This document shows positions 10,081 through 19,586 of a stretch of DNA of 64,000 bases, piece after piece. The stretch's first letter is position 1. Every line of letters starts with the position of its first letter. Position numbers and translations under genes: made by a program. The stretch is from the NCBI GenBank assembly GCA_964438295.1, contig CAYTKR010000011.1, positions 2,782 through 66,781 of the forward strand, written 5' to 3'. Origin of the DNA: an uncultured Anaerolineales bacterium. Its GTDB lineage: Bacteria > Chloroflexota > Anaerolineae > Anaerolineales > UBA11858. The notes under the pieces were generated by a model. It saw only the letters and a list, made by a program, of their open reading frames with translations, was not told the origin of the DNA and made no database searches.

Positions 10081-10941
10081 TCAGCGAGAGCGTTCATCCA
10101 CATCGAGGTGCGTCTTGTGCTGCACCGCCGCATTGAGATGGGCAATATCGGGTTCTTCATGAATTAGTGAGAGCACATCCAACCAAGTAAAGTCATCCTC
10201 AGGGAAGCGCGCTGCTACTGCTCGAACCAATTCCAAATCTTCGGGTGTATCCACGGTCCAGCGGTGATAGCCCAGTTCTTCATGATAATGTAGCAGGCCG
10301 ATCTTAAATCCGCGCGGAGATATCGATTTGGCCAAAGGAATTTTGTTGGTCGAAAAATGTAAATCCTCGACAGGAATATCTTCGTAGAAGTAGGGTGTGA
10401 CATGCTCACGTTGATGTGATGCTTCTGCCTGCCCCCATGCCTGTTCAAGGGCATCGAAGGTGAATACTTCTGTATCCAATCCAATCGGGTATGTACGCCA
10501 CCAGGGTTCAGGAAGGCGGTTGGCAACGAAATCCCAGTGGGCAGTGGTCAGTGGACATTGGTCAGTATCTCTCGCTTCATTCGGAGACGTAAACATGGCA
10601 CACACAGCTTGATCTATCAAAGCCGGGTCTATCAAGGGACAATCCGCGGTAATGCGCACGATGACATCCGCGCGATATTCTTTGGCTGCCTGGTAATAGC
10701 GATCTAACACATCACTGACGCTGCCGCGAGTGAATGCGATCTCTTGAGATTGACAAATTTCAGCCACGGGATCATCAGAAGGGTCTATTGTTGTGGCAAC
10801 GACAACATTGCTGATTGTCAGGGCTCGCCTGGTTCTTTCAACGACCCACTGAAGCATTGGTCGCCCTTCAATGGGTAGCAATACCTTATCTGGCAAGCGC
10901 GATGAACTCATTCGAGCCTGAATGATTGCGACGATGTTCAT
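10081..10941 (-). CDS. spsF: SpsF-like cytidylyltransferase (CTP_transf_3)
   Basis: IIQARMSSSRLPDKVL, RGSVSDVLDRY, VRITADCP, REHVT, WTVDTPED. Confidence 0.85.
   Translation of the reverse strand: MNIVAIIQARMSSSRLPDKVLLPIEGRPMLQWVVERTRRALTISNVVVATTIDPSDDPVAEICQSQEIAFTRGSVSDVLDRYYQAAKEYRADVIVRITADCPLIDPALIDQAVCAMFTSPNEARDTDQCPLTTAHWDFVANRLPEPWWRTYPIGLDTEVFTFDALEQAWGQAEASHQREHVTPYFYEDIPVEDLHFSTNKIPLAKSISPRGFKIGLLHYHEELGYHRWTVDTPEDLELVRAVAARFPEDDFTWLDVLSLIHEEPDIAHLNAAVQHKTHLDVDERSR
10535..10569. repeat. Degenerate heptamer tandem repeat (CAGTGGN x5) inside spsF
   Basis: CAGTGGG CAGTGGT CAGTGGA CATTGGT CAGTATC. Confidence 0.7.
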
Positions 10942-12254
10942 GAAAAGTGTGCCTCGCTAGGAATGGGCACTACGTCAACAAACCCTTTTGTGCGAAACTT
11001 CTCTACATATTCCCGCACCACCCAATAATCCAACCCTACGTCTAAAGCAATATCGAAGATGCTCTGGTCCCCCTCCAGACTCATCATGATCTTCTCAATG
11101 GCGCGATTGAGCTCGAAGTTTTCACGCCAATCTACCCACAGGTCATTGCCAGATAGGAACAATGGGCCGCGGAATTTGCGTTTAGGGATGTAATTGGATC
11201 CAAAAATGCGCACGATCTCTTCAACCACATCAGCAGCATCTTGCAGCATATCTTCGTGAATAATGTCCGGGTTGTCGTCAGTAGTGTGATATTCATCGTA
11301 AGGCCAGCGATTGATTGAAATGCACGGCACATTGACACCTGGCCCATTGATGGCACGTTCGTCATTAGGGGGAAAGTCAGCAAAATCGCGCTCCACGTGA
11401 GCTCGATCCCGCAAAACATAATTTGTGATCCGATCCAACAGGTGAGTACGCTGACGGGAGTGATGCCAGGCAATCGTATTCTGATTGCCCGTCATCTCGA
11501 TGAAAATGCCAGCTTTCAAATGTGGGATTACAGCTTCGTTATGAGCCAGATAGGCGATCGTGCCAATGGTCTCAGGGCCGAACCAGAAGCGCACGCTCAT
11601 CGAGCCGGGGGGGAGGGGGTTATCCGCCAGGCGTTGAGCAACTTCGATTGCAGTCACAACTCCAGCTGTGTCATCATTGGCCTGCATAGGGTGGCAGATA
11701 TGAGCTGAAATCAGCATCTCACCCGCTTCGGGATGTAGATCACTCTCAGGGCGCTGCACCCCCACACCTACGCGAAAACCGCCATCTTTAGGATCAGTGA
11801 GAAACTCTGAGCGGATGACCACTCGGTAGCGAGCATCCCTTGGTAAATCATCGTAAACATCCTTAGCGAGACAGAAACCCCAATCTCTCTGGTAATAGGA
11901 AAAATTCCAGGGGATTGCCCAGGGGCGATCGGCATTGTAGAAAAGATGCGGCTCTAGATCATCCCAGGTGAGGGTTTTATCAACGGGCAAAGAATATGAA
12001 ACAATGTGCAGGGGATTGTCCACAAAATCTACCACCCGCTTACCATTCTCAATTTCGATATAAGCCTCGTGGACCACATAGCGTTCTGGCACCTGCCAGG
12101 TCCAGATGGGATCACCCGGCACGTAGGTTTCTATGGCAAAACTCGCGGATGGTGGCATAGCCTGGCTAACGATCTGCAAGGCTTCATCCAATCCATCAGA
12201 TGCCAACGTGCGGTGAAGGGGGTAGATCTTTTCGAGCAGGGGTTTTAATTGCAT
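10938..12254 (-). CDS. DUF4910 family aminopeptidase-like polysaccharide biosynthesis protein with C-terminal winged helix
   Basis: LHIVSYS, YYQRDWGFCL, HICHPMQANDDTAG, PETIGTIAYL, EYHTTDD. Confidence 0.82.
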   Translation of the reverse strand: MQLKPLLEKIYPLHRTLASDGLDEALQIVSQAMPPSASFAIETYVPGDPIWTWQVPERYVVHEAYIEIENGKRVVDFVDNPLHIVSYSLPVDKTLTWDDLEPHLFYNADRPWAIPWNFSYYQRDWGFCLAKDVYDDLPRDARYRVVIRSEFLTDPKDGGFRVGVGVQRPESDLHPEAGEMLISAHICHPMQANDDTAGVVTAIEVAQRLADNPLPPGSMSVRFWFGPETIGTIAYLAHNEAVIPHLKAGIFIEMTGNQNTIAWHHSRQRTHLLDRITNYVLRDRAHVERDFADFPPNDERAINGPGVNVPCISINRWPYDEYHTTDDNPDIIHEDMLQDAADVVEEIVRIFGSNYIPKRKFRGPLFLSGNDLWVDWRENFELNRAIEKIMMSLEGDQSIFDIALDVGLDYWVVREYVEKFRTKGFVDVVPIPSEAHFS

Positions 12255-12271
12255 GTTGCTATCGGCTTCCC

Positions 12272-13027
12272 CTAATCTTTCTTGATTTCATATAGTAAGC
12301 GTGGGTTGACACGCATTTCCCGGGCGGCAAATTCGTAGATATCGTTGGCCTTCATCAATTTGACGGCAGCTTCACCGATCGTTCGGCTTTTGATAATGCC
12401 GTTCTCTTCCGCCAAATTGCCCATAGGGTCTACCATGGTTTCCACCCCCTGGTCGATGTCACGCACCAGCATTTGGAAGGAGTCTTCATAGGTGTGGCCG
12501 TTTTCATCGGTGACCATCCCTGTAAAGGTTTTTAGATAGCGATAATCAACACCTTCCAACTCTTCGACATGGTGGAAGAAGGTCATGCTGTCGTTGTAGC
12601 TAAGGCCAATCACCATGATCTTGCCATCGATTTGGCGCAGTTTGCCAAACAATGAATTACGCTCATAACTACTTTTATACCGTTCCTTGGTCAAGAATTC
12701 GGCCCGCTTGCCGATGATCGAAAACGAATAGATGGGGTGAAAGACACGCAAGCTGCGTGGATCCTGACGAACCAGTTCGGTGATAATGCCCATATGGGAA
12801 GGTGTATTGCGCACATCCCATGGCTCACCTTTGCAGAAATCAAAGTTGAAGGCCGGCATGATCAACGTGCCCTCTTCGCCAAGAACATCCAGCAGAGCAT
12901 CAATGACCGTTTGCGGCCCGCCATCTACACCGCCGAATGATTTATACGAACTGTGCACCATCAGGGTATCACCAGCATTAATACCAATCGCCCGAAACTC
13001 TTCAACCAGATTATCGAATGTAAGCAT
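12272..13027 (-). CDS. AAC(3)/YokD family N-acyltransferase
   Basis: VHSSYKSFG..GG, GTLIMPAF, HPIYSF, TFFHHVEE. Confidence 0.88.
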   Translation of the reverse strand: MLTFDNLVEEFRAIGINAGDTLMVHSSYKSFGGVDGGPQTVIDALLDVLGEEGTLIMPAFNFDFCKGEPWDVRNTPSHMGIITELVRQDPRSLRVFHPIYSFSIIGKRAEFLTKERYKSSYERNSLFGKLRQIDGKIMVIGLSYNDSMTFFHHVEELEGVDYRYLKTFTGMVTDENGHTYEDSFQMLVRDIDQGVETMVDPMGNLAEENGIIKSRTIGEAAVKLMKANDIYEFAAREMRVNPRLLYEIKKD

Positions 13028-13048
13028 AGATCATCTCCAACCAGCCAA

Positions 13049-13279
13049 CTAATTTCTCTTCTTACCGGTATAGATAAACCCCTTCTTGATCATTTTGATA
13101 TGCGCACCCTTATCAATGCCGATCTCCTTGCCACAAACACACACAATTTTATCGCCTTGTCGTTGGAACTCATATTCGCGCTCAATGCGGCCCTTGTAAC
13201 ACCGCAGCACTTCACCCTTGCCAATCTTCTCGTATTTCCAAAGCTTGCGTTTACAGGCGGCGCACTTAATAGTTAGCAT
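13049..13279 (-). CDS. Small basic Cys-rich (Zn-ribbon-like) protein
   Basis: CAAC...C...CVCG, Lys-rich, 76 aa, co-oriented in the operon. Confidence 0.65.
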   Translation of the reverse strand: MLTIKCAACKRKLWKYEKIGKGEVLRCYKGRIEREYEFQRQGDKIVCVCGKEIGIDKGAHIKMIKKGFIYTGKKRN

Positions 13280-13287
13280 GGCTCAAA

Positions 13288-13322
13288 GGAGCGGAGACTG
13301 AGGACGGGCGACTGAGGGTTGA
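13288..13322. repeat. Degenerate heptamer tandem repeat (NGACTGA-like)
   Basis: GGAGCGG AGACTGA GGACGGG CGACTGA GGGTTGA. Similar to 52208-52235. Confidence 0.5.
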
Positions 13323-13350
13323 ATCTATTCTTCTGGTCACTTATCAACCG

Positions 13351-14196
13351 TCATTTATAGGCAGTTACACCAAAAGCTTTAGGTTTTGGAATCACCCGTG
13401 AGAAACCAACCTTCTTCAAACGCTGAACCACGCCTCGCGTCACTCGCGCGCCGGATTTGCTTTCGGGGTTGCCGATGTAATGAAACATTTTTCCCTTGGG
13501 TTTCAGCACTCGGTAAGCCTGCTCATAGAATGACAGCGAATATAACTCGCCCGCCAAACTGAACATGGGCGGATCGTGGATGATGCCATGGAAAGACTCT
13601 CCAGCAAAATGTTCAATCTCGTCATTGCTGTCCCCGATGATCTGGGCAATCTTAGGGTTATCGAACAGCCCACGAGACCAAGGGTTGCGCCTGGCGACGC
13701 TTTGAGCAGCCGGATCGAGCTCAACCGTGGTAACGTGGTTTGCTTGTTCCGCAGCCAGAATAGCGGTATATCCTAACCCAGTGGTGGTGTCTAGAATTTG
13801 ACCGAAGGTCCGCCCTAGGGCCTTAATCTTGTTTTGGGTATCTCGCCAGGGATCCGTACCCTTGATGCGGTGCATGGGAATACCCGATACCAGCATCGTG
13901 GGAGCCGATGTAGTCGGGTACAAAGTGTATGCCCGTTGGAATATGTCGGAGAAAGCCTGGATGACGGTTGCAATCCCATCACTCACGAGAAAGCAATTAT
14001 TCTGATTGTCGGCAATCTCTCTGACAATCTCCCAGGGGAGCGTTTCTCCATCCGGAAAACTCACCCCCAAATTGGTTAGCGATACGGCTGTCTTCGTTTG
14101 GCCTAAATCGAGGGAAATCTGGATGGATGTTTCTCCATCTCTGACATCGATCAGTTGTATGGCTTGATAATGAGACAGAACGATTTGCTCAGGCAT
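13351..14196 (-). CDS. SAM-dependent methyltransferase (COG2521-like)
   Basis: [40 protein letters not shown]. Confidence 0.8.
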   Translation of the reverse strand: MPEQIVLSHYQAIQLIDVRDGETSIQISLDLGQTKTAVSLTNLGVSFPDGETLPWEIVREIADNQNNCFLVSDGIATVIQAFSDIFQRAYTLYPTTSAPTMLVSGIPMHRIKGTDPWRDTQNKIKALGRTFGQILDTTTGLGYTAILAAEQANHVTTVELDPAAQSVARRNPWSRGLFDNPKIAQIIGDSNDEIEHFAGESFHGIIHDPPMFSLAGELYSLSFYEQAYRVLKPKGKMFHYIGNPESKSGARVTRGVVQRLKKVGFSRVIPKPKAFGVTAYK

Positions 14197-15305
14197 TATC
14201 CCATGGCAATCTGGTACGCCTCGAAAAGGTGGGGGAAATTCTTATCCCAGTTCGCGCGTGCTTCTGCCAGTTTACGGGCTGCTCGTCCCATAGCAGGGAG
14301 CTGTTCCCATTGGTCCACCGCCTGGAGTATTCCTTCCAAAAGAGAACCCACATCCCCATCTCGAAAAAGCCAGCCGACTTCTCCCTGCGTGGTAACCCAT
14401 TCCTGATTCCCGGGGATATCGGTCAACAAGACCGGGGTGCCGCAACCTAACGATTCCAACAACGAAATCGAAGTTCCATCGCTATGGGAAGTGCTGATAT
14501 AAAGGTCTGCCGCGCGGTAATAATTTGGCAAGTCTTTCTGATTTACCTGACCAGGAAAGTGCACCCGGTCGAGGATATCTGCACGCAAAAAGGTATGGCG
14601 AATATTGGGTGCCAGCGAGCCATTACCCAGCATCAGCAAGCGCAATTCTGGACGCTGGCGGACTGCCCTGACAAAGGCTTGCGCCAGGCCATCAACCCCG
14701 TAAAGCGGCTCCCAACCCCGGGTGGAGAGCAACACAAACGTATCTCCATCCCAGCCCAGACGCTTTCGCAAACCACCATCCTCGCCAGGTGAATATTTTT
14801 CGAGATTGGCACCCCAGGGGTAGGTAACGATCCGATCCGGTGCCATACCATGTTGGATAGCCAGATTTCGAATAGTATCGCAATCCCCCACCAGAGCATC
14901 CGTTCGCTTCAGGGTGAAGCGGGTGGCCCATTCCCACCAGCGGTTTCGCTTCACATCCATGAGCAGATCATACCCCCAAGACATGCTGACCAACGGGTGA
15001 AATCCCGTTAACGCGGTCAGGAACGCAGACCGCTGCAATGGACCCGCTTGAACCAGGTCGGGTTTGAATTCTCGAATGGCTTTGCGCAAACCAATAAGCA
15101 ACTTCAAGCCATGCCGCAGCTTTGCTGGTGACTGCCCGCCCACCCAGGGGATCAACTCAATCTCGGGGGGCAAAGGTCGGTCATCAAGATCATGCCCGCG
15201 CTTCTCTAGACGAAGATAGCCAACCTGATGCTCTGTTTTCGCCAGCGCTGAGAGATAGCGATGATCGTGGGTGGTGTAATCGCGCGAGAAGTAGAGAATA
15301 CGCAT
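14196..15305 (-). CDS. Glycosyltransferase family 4
   Basis: [34 protein letters not shown]. Confidence 0.88.
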   Translation of the reverse strand: MRILYFSRDYTTHDHRYLSALAKTEHQVGYLRLEKRGHDLDDRPLPPEIELIPWVGGQSPAKLRHGLKLLIGLRKAIREFKPDLVQAGPLQRSAFLTALTGFHPLVSMSWGYDLLMDVKRNRWWEWATRFTLKRTDALVGDCDTIRNLAIQHGMAPDRIVTYPWGANLEKYSPGEDGGLRKRLGWDGDTFVLLSTRGWEPLYGVDGLAQAFVRAVRQRPELRLLMLGNGSLAPNIRHTFLRADILDRVHFPGQVNQKDLPNYYRAADLYISTSHSDGTSISLLESLGCGTPVLLTDIPGNQEWVTTQGEVGWLFRDGDVGSLLEGILQAVDQWEQLPAMGRAARKLAEARANWDKNFPHLFEAYQIAMG

Positions 15306-15308
15306 TTT

Positions 15309-15355
15309 CGTTGACAGGTTGAACGTTCAACGTTCTAACGTTTAAACGTACAAAC
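15309..15355. repeat. AACGTT-rich degenerate short tandem repeat
   Basis: cgttgacaggttgaacgttcaacgttctaacgtttaaacgtacaaac. 18/19 match to 51546-51564. Confidence 0.6.
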
Positions 15356-15356
15356 T

Positions 15357-16439
15357 CTACGCTCCTATATTCTCCCAGCGAAAATCCATCCCATAGGGCA
15401 TATCAACCAGCGCTTTTTTGCCTACCAGTTCATTCAACTCCCAAGGCATGAGCGCACCCGTGGCTGCAGGACGCAGGGGTTCAGTCATTTCAGCGGTGAT
15501 GATCTCGCCTGCCTTGATATCCCGGGCGGCGCGTAAGCAGCGGCGTTGCAATACATACGTTTCCTTTTCGCTGCCCGTAACAAATTTGTCATAGGATCCT
15601 AAGGAACGCTCTAAGGTGCGCACCTGATGCACCATCTCAGCCCATGTCTCTGGATTCATGGCGAATTTATGATCGGGGCCTTCGCGTTCGTTGCTGTCAG
15701 TAAAATGGCGCTCGATAACGCGCGCCCCAACTGCGACTGCGCCGACAACGGGGGCCGGGCTATGTGTATGATCAGAGAGGCCCAGTATCACATCGGGGAA
15801 CATGGCTGCATAGGTTTTGAGTACATTGATGTTCAGGTGATCGTAATTGGAATCGTCGGCCGTGTAGTTAGTATTGCACTGGAACAGCACCACCTGGTCA
15901 TTAACAGCCTGCACCGCTCTCATGGCTCTCACAACATCGCCAATATCCGCAGCGCCACTAGAAATTAATATAGGCTTGCCAAATTTTGCCATACGCACCA
16001 GGGCATCTGGCCAGGACATTAGACCGGAGCCAGCCTTGAAGGCTGGCACATATGGGTCGAGCATATCGATGGCTTCATAATCATAGGGGGAAGAATAATA
16101 ATGGATGCCAACCTTGTCACACTCTTCCTTGAGGATGGGGGTCCATTCGAAAGGCACCGAAGCGCCATCATACACTTCGAAGACTGTTTTCTTCCATTCT
16201 GCCTGGTGAGATTGTTGTCCACCCAGGGCTTTGAAACCATAATCCGAGACGATCTTGGGAGCGCGGAAATTCTGGAATTTGGCCGCTTCGGCGCCAGCAT
16301 CTTTTGCCAGGCGAATGAGAATCTTGGCGCGCTCCAAATCGCCGTCATGGTTGGCAGCGATATCAGCAATAAAATAAGTCGGGTGGTTTAGACCAACCTT
16401 TCGGTCCGCAATGGTAATTTCAGGAGATGGGATGTTCAT
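15357..16439 (-). CDS. pseI: N-acetylneuraminate synthase family (PseI/NeuB-like nonulosonate synthase)
   Basis: IADIAANHDG, AAKFQ, GLSDHT, IERHFT, GPDH and C-terminal SAF domain. AAGGAG RBS precedes ATG 16439. Confidence 0.8.
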   Translation of the reverse strand: MNIPSPEITIADRKVGLNHPTYFIADIAANHDGDLERAKILIRLAKDAGAEAAKFQNFRAPKIVSDYGFKALGGQQSHQAEWKKTVFEVYDGASVPFEWTPILKEECDKVGIHYYSSPYDYEAIDMLDPYVPAFKAGSGLMSWPDALVRMAKFGKPILISSGAADIGDVVRAMRAVQAVNDQVVLFQCNTNYTADDSNYDHLNINVLKTYAAMFPDVILGLSDHTHSPAPVVGAVAVGARVIERHFTDSNEREGPDHKFAMNPETWAEMVHQVRTLERSLGSYDKFVTGSEKETYVLQRRCLRAARDIKAGEIITAEMTEPLRPAATGALMPWELNELVGKKALVDMPYGMDFRWENIGA

Positions 16440-16493
16440 ATTGGCTCCTTTGGTTTGCACTTATTCGTTTGTATATCACATCATGGTGAGTAC

Positions 16494-16546
16494 CGAAAAT
16501 AAGGGATGGTTGGGGGGCTTCGCCCCCCAACCATCCCTTATTTTCG
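16494..16546. repeat. Perfect 25-bp intergenic palindrome with GCTTCGC core (REP-like or terminator)
   Basis: cgaaaataagggatggttggggggc-TTC-gccccccaaccatcccttattttcg. Confidence 0.9.
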
Positions 16547-16576
16547 AGCATCTCGTTTGCAACGTCACATTGATAA

Positions 16577-18646
16577 TTAGGGCAATTTGCTACAACCCAA
16601 AAATCCTAATACGTTCGAAATGGCAGCATCCCGCGCTTCGCTGGCAGGCGTCTCAGCTTCCAAATCCGACCAAATCTTGCAGAACATATCCTGGACCCCT
16701 TGATCCCCCTTATAAGCATCGATACTCAGGGTCTCGGCCTGTGACCAATCTCCAACTCGTCCATATGCCTCGATAAAGGGGTACCATTCGATCTTATTAT
16801 CCGTGTTGGGTTCGAAATCACTCGCATCAACCATTTCTCCCAATGCCACAATTTCTTCCCAGGCCCGCTGATGATAGGCAATCTGCGCTTTTTGGAAGTA
16901 GTAACACCAGGTATGATCTGGCTCTGGGCCAAAGACACTCTCTGGAGGCGCAATGGACGAATCAGCATCCTGAACGATGCGAGATAAGTTCGATATTGGG
17001 AGGGCAGTTTTGGTAATTTCGGGAATGTTTGGATGCAGTGCATCCACCTCGGTCAGCACCCACACACAACTACCAGGGTAGTCGTACCAGACTACCAAGT
17101 TATCATGTCCCTTACCTGCAAACTCAAGAGTACGAAGTTGATATTCAATTGGCATATCCTCGAATAAGGTGCTCATCTCCCCATAGAAATTGTCATCAAT
17201 CTCGAAAAACCAATAAGGCTGCTGACCAGTACCTTTGCGGTCGGAATAGAGCACATTTAATGCTGTTGCAGTCGGGTATTCACCGGTATAGCTGAACAAG
17301 GCACCATCTGCTAGGATAGCAGTATTCTCCTTCAGAGCGGGCGCGCGCCAGTACATCTGCCAGTAAAACTGTCGCTGCTCAACCCATTCCCATCGATATT
17401 CATTTGCGATCCGAAAATGAGCCCCGGCTGCCAGACCGATGGAGACGCTCAGTAGAAAGATTTGCGTTTGCCGGTTAGTAGCAATCAACGCCACCAGGCT
17501 CACGAAGACGATTCCCGCCCCGATCATGGCAGGCATGGCGATGCGGTCTGAGAACATGCCTATGGTTATCTCACGATCGACCAACCAACCGGGCAACATT
17601 CCCACAAATATGGCGTACATCCCCAATAGCAGGGCTTCTTTTGCCCAGCTATTATTTGAAATTTGCTCTAGTCCTTTCGATGAGCGGATCGTATTTCCAA
17701 AGAAATATATTACTAGAGCAACAAAACCAGCCACAGCCCAGGAGATGATTGCCGAGGGAGACCCCAAATCGATCAGACTCGGCTGTAGGGTCTTGTACCA
17801 TGATGAAGCGAGAATGACGATAATATCTCGAAATACTGTCTGGACGAATTGACGCAGGCCATTGATTGGGTCAGCAAGGATCAAAGATAGTAATCGTAAA
17901 CTGTTGGTAGACCCGATATCAGAGCCAACCAGGAAATATCGCCAGAAAACTGCCAGCACGAGAACCAGCGCGTAGGGGCTCCATTGTTTGGTCAGGCGCT
18001 TGAGCCTTTCTGATTTGGTACCTTCAGAATTTCGCGCGAGCACCATCCAAAGCAATATTGGACGCATCAGTTCTAACCCCCAAAAGTATTCCATGGTGAA
18101 CATATGACCGGCAGTAGCCAGGATAGAAACCAAAATCATGATCGCCGGTCGCTTTGTCGTGAGCGTCGCCAGCATCGCTCCAACAGAAAGCCCATACAGC
18201 GCATAGGTGATGAAGTGCTGGCTATACGCGACGGCAATGGATTGTTGCGTAAAAACCGGATGCACAGTGAAAATTATTGTCATCCAGAACACTTCTTGAC
18301 GCTTTGAAGGCCAAACCTGATGCAGTATCCAATAAACGCACCAGGCGGTGACCCAACGCAGGGCTATAGTAACGATCTGCCAATTTAGCGGGGAAATGCC
18401 CAAGATGGGCTCGAAGACCATGAAGGTCCAGGCAGAAAATGGGCGATCAAATTTGTAAAATTCCCACAAATCGATATCAGCGTGCATGACCAGGATCGCA
18501 GGCCAATCATCGAAATACAGACCTTGCCGGGAGGCTAACAACCCAAATGTAGCAAAAGTGATTATCAACAAGGAAAGTGAAATGATCCAAGAGGATTGGA
18601 AAATTCTTTTATCTGCAATCAATTCCGTGTATTTTTTGAGATCCAT
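16577..18646 (-). CDS. Polytopic membrane protein, putative GT-C glycosyltransferase
   Basis: GLYFDDWP acidic motif after TM1, DRP, MEYFWGLE, about 12 TMs and a soluble C-terminal domain. Confidence 0.6.
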   Translation of the reverse strand: MDLKKYTELIADKRIFQSSWIISLSLLIITFATFGLLASRQGLYFDDWPAILVMHADIDLWEFYKFDRPFSAWTFMVFEPILGISPLNWQIVTIALRWVTAWCVYWILHQVWPSKRQEVFWMTIIFTVHPVFTQQSIAVAYSQHFITYALYGLSVGAMLATLTTKRPAIMILVSILATAGHMFTMEYFWGLELMRPILLWMVLARNSEGTKSERLKRLTKQWSPYALVLVLAVFWRYFLVGSDIGSTNSLRLLSLILADPINGLRQFVQTVFRDIIVILASSWYKTLQPSLIDLGSPSAIISWAVAGFVALVIYFFGNTIRSSKGLEQISNNSWAKEALLLGMYAIFVGMLPGWLVDREITIGMFSDRIAMPAMIGAGIVFVSLVALIATNRQTQIFLLSVSIGLAAGAHFRIANEYRWEWVEQRQFYWQMYWRAPALKENTAILADGALFSYTGEYPTATALNVLYSDRKGTGQQPYWFFEIDDNFYGEMSTLFEDMPIEYQLRTLEFAGKGHDNLVVWYDYPGSCVWVLTEVDALHPNIPEITKTALPISNLSRIVQDADSSIAPPESVFGPEPDHTWCYYFQKAQIAYHQRAWEEIVALGEMVDASDFEPNTDNKIEWYPFIEAYGRVGDWSQAETLSIDAYKGDQGVQDMFCKIWSDLEAETPASEARDAAISNVLGFLGCSKLP

Positions 18647-18657
18647 AATTGCGTTAG

Positions 18658-19581
18658 CTATGCTTCAGCAATACAAAGATTTCTCAACAGTTGTGGATAA
18701 TCTTGTTGATAAAGCGCATAGAAGCGCTCGATTCCTGTGGATAAATCTGGAGGAACCACCCCCAAATCGTGGATAAGTTTGTCAACACACAATGTTAGGT
18801 TAGGGGAACGAACCGCCTTTAGCCCAGAGTCGGCTACAGAGGTAGGTGTAATTAGATCCGTGTCGAAACCAAAATTTCGTGCGATCGCCATCCCAAAATC
18901 ATATTTACTGATGCATTCGCTACTAACCACATGATACAGTCCGTGAAGTCCTTTCTCCAGCATCCCGAAAAATAGATCGGCAACATCGTTCACCAAAAGG
19001 GGACAGAAAAAAACATCAGGAAATCCCCGAACCTGATTTCCAGCCTTTAGATTATTAAAGAAAAATTCAGCTAAACTGCGTTTACCCGTGGGACTCCAAC
19101 CGAAGATATTTGTACGGGCGACAATGGCATCGGCTGTCGAATCGAGAACCGCATTTTCACCAGCCAATTTTGTTTGCGAATACACATTGATAGGATTGGG
19201 CGGATCATTTTCAGTATATTTTCCCTTCTTCCCATCAAAGACGGCATCTGTTGATACATGCAGCAGGCGCGCTCCGCCCCTGGCGACATGATGTGCCAGT
19301 TTTCGCGGTAATTCTGCATTCAATTCCCAGGCATTCTCAGGGTCACGCTCACAAGCGTCTATATTTGCCTGTGCTGCGCAATGGATCACCCAATCGGGTT
19401 GCGTATCGTCAAGGATACGCTCTACTGCGCCCGGGTCTAGCAAGTCGGCCACCACCGGAGTGAAGGCCTCTGTCTTCTGGGGGCAACTACGATCGACCCC
19501 GAAAACAGTGTGGTCGTTGGCAGCTTCTAAAGCCAGATTACTGCCTAACAAACCACCCGTGCCCGTTATGAGTATTCGCAT
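18658..19581 (-). CDS. RmlD-like (dTDP-4-dehydrorhamnose reductase family) SDR
   Basis: GTGGLLG, HCAA, STDAVFDG, YSQTK (YxxxK), GLYH. Confidence 0.88.
   Translation of the reverse strand: MRILITGTGGLLGSNLALEAANDHTVFGVDRSCPQKTEAFTPVVADLLDPGAVERILDDTQPDWVIHCAAQANIDACERDPENAWELNAELPRKLAHHVARGGARLLHVSTDAVFDGKKGKYTENDPPNPINVYSQTKLAGENAVLDSTADAIVARTNIFGWSPTGKRSLAEFFFNNLKAGNQVRGFPDVFFCPLLVNDVADLFFGMLEKGLHGLYHVVSSECISKYDFGMAIARNFGFDTDLITPTSVADSGLKAVRSPNLTLCVDKLIHDLGVVPPDLSTGIERFYALYQQDYPQLLRNLCIAEA
18681..18787. promoter_or_regulatory. Cluster of DnaA-box-like 9-mers within a CDS
   Basis: TGTGGATAA at 18692 and 18736 (perfect). TGTTGATAA at 18704 and CGTGGATAA at 18768 (1 mismatch). TTCTCAACA at 18681 and TTGTCAACA at 18779 (2 mismatches). 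Confidence 0.6.
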
Positions 19582-19586
19582 TCTCT

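Noticed and set aside
11603-11619. G-rich tract in DUF4910 as a phase-variation site
   Set aside because: The tract is short and interrupted, encodes PLPP in frame, and there is no evidence of slippage.
12272-13027. Aminoglycoside resistance gene aac(3)
   Set aside because: Family match only. It sits in a glycan operon with no mobile-element context, so a biosynthetic role is more likely.
18681-18787. oriC
   Set aside because: The boxes lie inside an intact CDS, with no dnaA/dnaN nearby and no obvious AT-rich unwinding element.
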